From an uncultured delta proteobacterium (GTDB lineage Bacteria > Myxococcota_A > Polyangia > Polyangiales > Polyangiaceae), in assembly GCA_963716725.1 (NCBI GenBank), contig CAVQUB010000011.1, positions 416,001-480,000 of the forward strand: a stretch of 64,000 nt of DNA. Reading direction: 5' to 3'. Shown here one piece after another: positions 60,544 to 64,000 of the stretch. Position 1 is the first letter of the stretch. Every line of letters begins with the position of its first letter. The position numbers and the translations under genes were made by a program. Under the pieces are notes generated by a model. That model saw nothing but the letters and a program-made list of their open reading frames with translations. It had not been told where the DNA came from and searched no databases.

Positions 60544-62262
60544 TCACCGATACGCGCCCCGCCGGCACAGCGCTTCGGTGAGCTCGATCAGTTGATCCAT
60601 CGCCCCCAACACGTCGCGCGCGTCCACCGGCAAGTCGAGCATGCAAAGGCTGACCTGGTCGGGTTCGACGGACAGCTGGAGGTTCTTGGCCGCCCACGCC
60701 TTGGTGAGCGTGAGGGCCTCCTTGGGCATGGCTTTGATGGCGCGCTCGGGGATGGGTGTGAGCGTGTGCACGCAGACCTTCACCGCTACCGCTACGGCGC
60801 CTGGTCCCCAGAGCTGCGAGACCTCCACCCGACGTCCGTCAACCTCACCAATGACCGAAGGCCGTGCCAAGAGCAGCTGGCCGTTGACTCTCTCCGCGAT
60901 GGCTCGCCACACGCTGAGGTCGACGCCGGCCGGCGCCGGCAGCGACCGTGCCAGATCGGGAATGCGTCGCGCGATGGCCAGTGCGGCCTCTGCGAGCCCC
61001 AGCAGGGGCTCCGCGGTGAGACCGGCGGCAGCGCGCTGCAGGAGCAGCTCTTCATCGCTGATACGCCGAACCTCGAGCGACTGGACCCAGTGCTCGAGAA
61101 ACCCGACGGCGGCGCGCACCTGAGCCTCGTCGCGCCCGCTGACCCGCGAGCTCTCTCCCAGAGGCACCCCGTCGTCGCGCCAGAGTCGGGAGAGCCCACC
61201 CACCGGCTGGCTCGTCAGCTCGAGTCCCAGACTCGGGTAGCGCACGGCAGCGGCGAGCACCGGTTGCCCCGCGGAGTTCTCGCGCCAAACGGTCACGTCC
61301 GCCGCGCCGACCTTCGCAGTGAGTCGATCGTCCTCGAAGGTCATGCCGGCGCGCTCGGCGACCTCGCCCCAGAGCAGGCGAACCCTCGGGTTGCCCACGG
61401 TCGGCGGCGCGCGCTTCGAGCGAGCCGAGGCGGCAGCGCCCGGCAAGATGTCGATGGGCATCGACATCACCACATCCGCTCCAAGCCGCCGGGTGACGGT
61501 CGCCTCGAGCCCCCACGAGATCCGGAAGGCTTCGTTGGAATAGGTCGGGGGCACGTCCGGGATCCGGAAGTCGAAGGTGATCGGCTCTCCCTCGCGGACG
61601 CGGGACATTGGAAGGTCGATCTGCCAGCTGCCGATCTCTCCGTGCCCCCGCGGAGCAAAGGAGGACTCGTACCCAGCGAGCCGAACCCGAATGCCCGTGT
61701 AGCGGGCCGACGCGACGTTGCTCAGCGCCACCGCTCCACTCAAGATCTCGCCCGGTCGCAGCTGGGTGCTATTGATGCTCACCTCGACGTGGGGCTCGCG
61801 TTCGCGGGGCCCCTCGGGCGCGCTGGAGTAGAGCAGCGGACGCGCTTCGGCCGGCACACTTCGGGGATTGGGCACGACCGAGAGCTCGAACTCGCGGTCC
61901 AGATCGGGCCACCACGGGATCGCGAGCTCGGCCGCTAGCGTGTAAGACACCCGCACGACGCGACCAACGAAGCTGGGGGGCGCATCGCCTGGGATCGAGA
62001 ACCGGACGGGGAAGCGCAGCCGCCCTGCGGCGAGCTCGCGAGGGCCCGAGAGACGCGCAGTCTGGCCGATCCGCGAGCCGACCTCGGTCCAGTCCCGGTA
62101 GTTCACCGCGGCTCGGGTGCGCCCAAGCAGCTTGACGTCGAAGTGCTCGATCTCGAGCGGACGTCGCAGATCGAGGACGAATTCCGCCTCGAACTTCTGA
62201 CCCGCCGGTAGCTGTCGCGGCACGATCACCGCCAGCGTGGGGCGGCGTTTCCAGATCGCCAT
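60544..62262 (-). CDS. hypothetical protein with two arrestin/Spo0M-like beta-sandwich domains
   Basis: Duplicated F.F.IP.D.PP(S/T)(F/Y)...V/IS(Y/W).L motif in the N-terminal half. Confidence 0.6.
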   Translation of the reverse strand: MAIWKRRPTLAVIVPRQLPAGQKFEAEFVLDLRRPLEIEHFDVKLLGRTRAAVNYRDWTEVGSRIGQTARLSGPRELAAGRLRFPVRFSIPGDAPPSFVGRVVRVSYTLAAELAIPWWPDLDREFELSVVPNPRSVPAEARPLLYSSAPEGPREREPHVEVSINSTQLRPGEILSGAVALSNVASARYTGIRVRLAGYESSFAPRGHGEIGSWQIDLPMSRVREGEPITFDFRIPDVPPTYSNEAFRISWGLEATVTRRLGADVVMSMPIDILPGAAASARSKRAPPTVGNPRVRLLWGEVAERAGMTFEDDRLTAKVGAADVTVWRENSAGQPVLAAAVRYPSLGLELTSQPVGGLSRLWRDDGVPLGESSRVSGRDEAQVRAAVGFLEHWVQSLEVRRISDEELLLQRAAAGLTAEPLLGLAEAALAIARRIPDLARSLPAPAGVDLSVWRAIAERVNGQLLLARPSVIGEVDGRRVEVSQLWGPGAVAVAVKVCVHTLTPIPERAIKAMPKEALTLTKAWAAKNLQLSVEPDQVSLCMLDLPVDARDVLGAMDQLIELTEALCRRGAYR

Positions 62263-62269
62263 CGCGGGC

Positions 62270-63668
62270 TCACTTTGCCAGCGCCGCCAGGCACTCGTAG
62301 GCGGCGTATTTGTAGCTCTCGGCCAGGGTTGGGTAGTTGAACACCATCTCGATGAAGAGGTCGACCGACGCCTCGCAGTGCAGCGCGGTCTGACCGATGT
62401 GCACCAGCTCGGTGGCGCGCTCGCCGATCACGTGCACGCCGACGATCCGGCGGGTGCCGCGCTCGACGACCAGCTTGGTGATGCCCTCGACGTCACCGGT
62501 GATCTGCCCCCGCGCGTTGTTGCGGTAGAGCGCCCGGCCCACGACCACGTCCATGCCCTTGACCCGCGCGGTCTCCACGGTCTCGCCGACCGCGCTGACC
62601 TCGGGGATGGTGTAGATGCCGTAGGGCACGATCTCGGCGACCGCCTGCTTGTACTCGAAGCCAAACGCCTTGCAGATCGCGACGCGGCCCTGCTCCATGC
62701 TGGCCGACGCCAGGGCCGGAAATCCGATCACGTCGCCGGCCGCGAGAACGCTCGGTACCGTGGTGCGGTACGCGGCGTCCACCTGCAGGTAGCCGCGGGC
62801 GTTCGGCGTCACCCCGATGCGATCCAGCTTCAGCGTGTCGGTGTTGCCGATGCGCCCCGCCGCGAAGAGCAGGTACTCGGTCTCGAGCCGCTCGTCGCCG
62901 AGCTCGGTGACGATCACCTTGCCCTCGCGGGCCACGCGGTTCCAGCGCTTGCCGAGCACGATCCGGATGCCGAGCTTGGTCATGGCGTCGCGCAAGCGCT
63001 CGACGATCTCGCTGTCCAGAAACGGCAAGATGTCCGGGCGCGCATCCACCAACGTCACCTGCACGCCGAGCGCTGCGAACATGCAGGCGTACTCGCAGCC
63101 GATCACGCCGCCGCCCAGGATGGTCAGCGAGCTCGGCAGCTTCGAGATGCCTGAGGATCTCGTCGCTGTCGTCGATGCCAGGGTCGGCAAAGTCGATGTC
63201 CATCGGTCGGTGCGGGCGCGATCCGGTGGCGATGAGCACGAAGTCGCCGTGCAGCCGCCGCTGCCCTTCGGGGCCTTGCACCAGGACGGTGTGCGCGTCC
63301 TCGAAGCTGCCGTGGCCGCGCACGTAGGTCACCGAGTGGCGCGCGAGGTTCTCGCGGATGGTGCGCGACGCCAGCTCGGCGATGGCGTTCTTCCGGGCGA
63401 TCAGCGCCGGCACCGTAGCGGCCGCGTCCAGCTCCACCGCCACGCCGTACAGGTTGCGAGCGCGGTAGCCCGACACGTACAGCGCCGTCTCGCGCAGGGT
63501 CTTGCTTGGCAGAGTGCCGGTGTGGACGGCGGCGCCCCCGGGCTCGGGCTCGGCCTCCACCACAGCCACGCGCTTTCCGAAGTAAGCGGCCTGCGCCGCG
63601 CCCTTCTCACCGGCGGGCCCGGAGCCGATGACGACGAGATCGAAGTGTTCGGTGCTTTCGCTCCCCAT
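62270..63668 (-). CDS. sthA: soluble (Si-specific) NAD(P)+ transhydrogenase, one +1 frameshift near 63152
   Basis: GSGPAGEKGAAQAAYFGKRV, HTGTLPSKTLRE (no CxxxxC), GGGVIGCEYA, GDVIGFPALAS and FNYPTLAESYK motifs. Confidence 0.9.
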
Positions 63669-63693
63669 GCCGCCATCGTAGACCGACTCGCAG

Positions 63694-64000
63694 ATGTCCG
63701 CCGAGCCCGTGATCGACGCCTGGATCCAGCACCCGAACCCCGGCTTTCTGGCCCATCCCCTGTTTGCCTCGCTCCGCCGCTGGCTGGGAGCCAGCGAAGT
63801 CCCCGACGCCTTCCCCCTCGAGCTCACGGTCGCGGCCCTCGAGAGCGCCAACGTGAAGCACGCGCTCTTGTCGGCATGGCACGGCCCCAGCGGCGCGATG
63901 ATCTCCAACGACGAGGTGGCGAGCGCCGTGCGTGCGCGCCCCGATCTGTTCAGCGGCGTGGCGTCGGTCGACTTGGCGCGACCCATGGACGCAGTGCGCG
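63694..64000 (+). CDS. amidohydrolase_2 family protein, truncated by the window end
   Basis: Hand translation from ATG 63694: MSAEPVIDAWIQHP...LRRW...ISNDEVA...PDLFSGVASVDL. Not in the supplied ORF track. Confidence 0.75.
   Translation, partial: MSAEPVIDAWIQHPNPGFLAHPLFASLRRWLGASEVPDAFPLELTVAALESANVKHALLSAWHGPSGAMISNDEVASAVRARPDLFSGVASVDLARPMDAVR

Overview
High-GC bacterial DNA, most likely a myxobacterium (Polyangiales-like). The basis is the many Cys-rich and Gly-rich lipoproteins, a myxobacterial Cys-repeat/fibro-slime protein and single-domain PilZ genes. Most of the window is densely coding: NUDIX, FadL-like porin, MscS, EVE, exported nuclease, FtsH, OPT transporter, metallophosphoesterase, a biotin-dependent carboxylase trio, RsgA, a CASTOR/POLLUX-like channel, Kup and SthA. 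Three regions stand out. (1) A gap of about 2.4 kb (3800-6290) has no credible protein gene. It is full of hairpins whose loops read GNRA/UUCG on the minus strand, has nested long-range helices and an internally repeated motif, ends in a minus-strand intrinsic terminator and has DnaA boxes at the other end. It is a candidate very large structured non-coding RNA that matches no family I recognise. (2) A mosaic of about 7.3 kb of abutting gene fragments (IS66, an IS21-like end, acyl-CoA dehydrogenase, amylase, FHA, pentapeptide and others) surrounds an intact P450 just downstream of tRNA-Arg(CCT). (3) A DUF2271/DUF4266/DUF3570 flavinylation-type cluster is coupled to two c-type cytochrome lipoproteins. 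Several genes carry single-base insertions that look like sequencing errors. All calls were made by eye; no database search or folding program was run.
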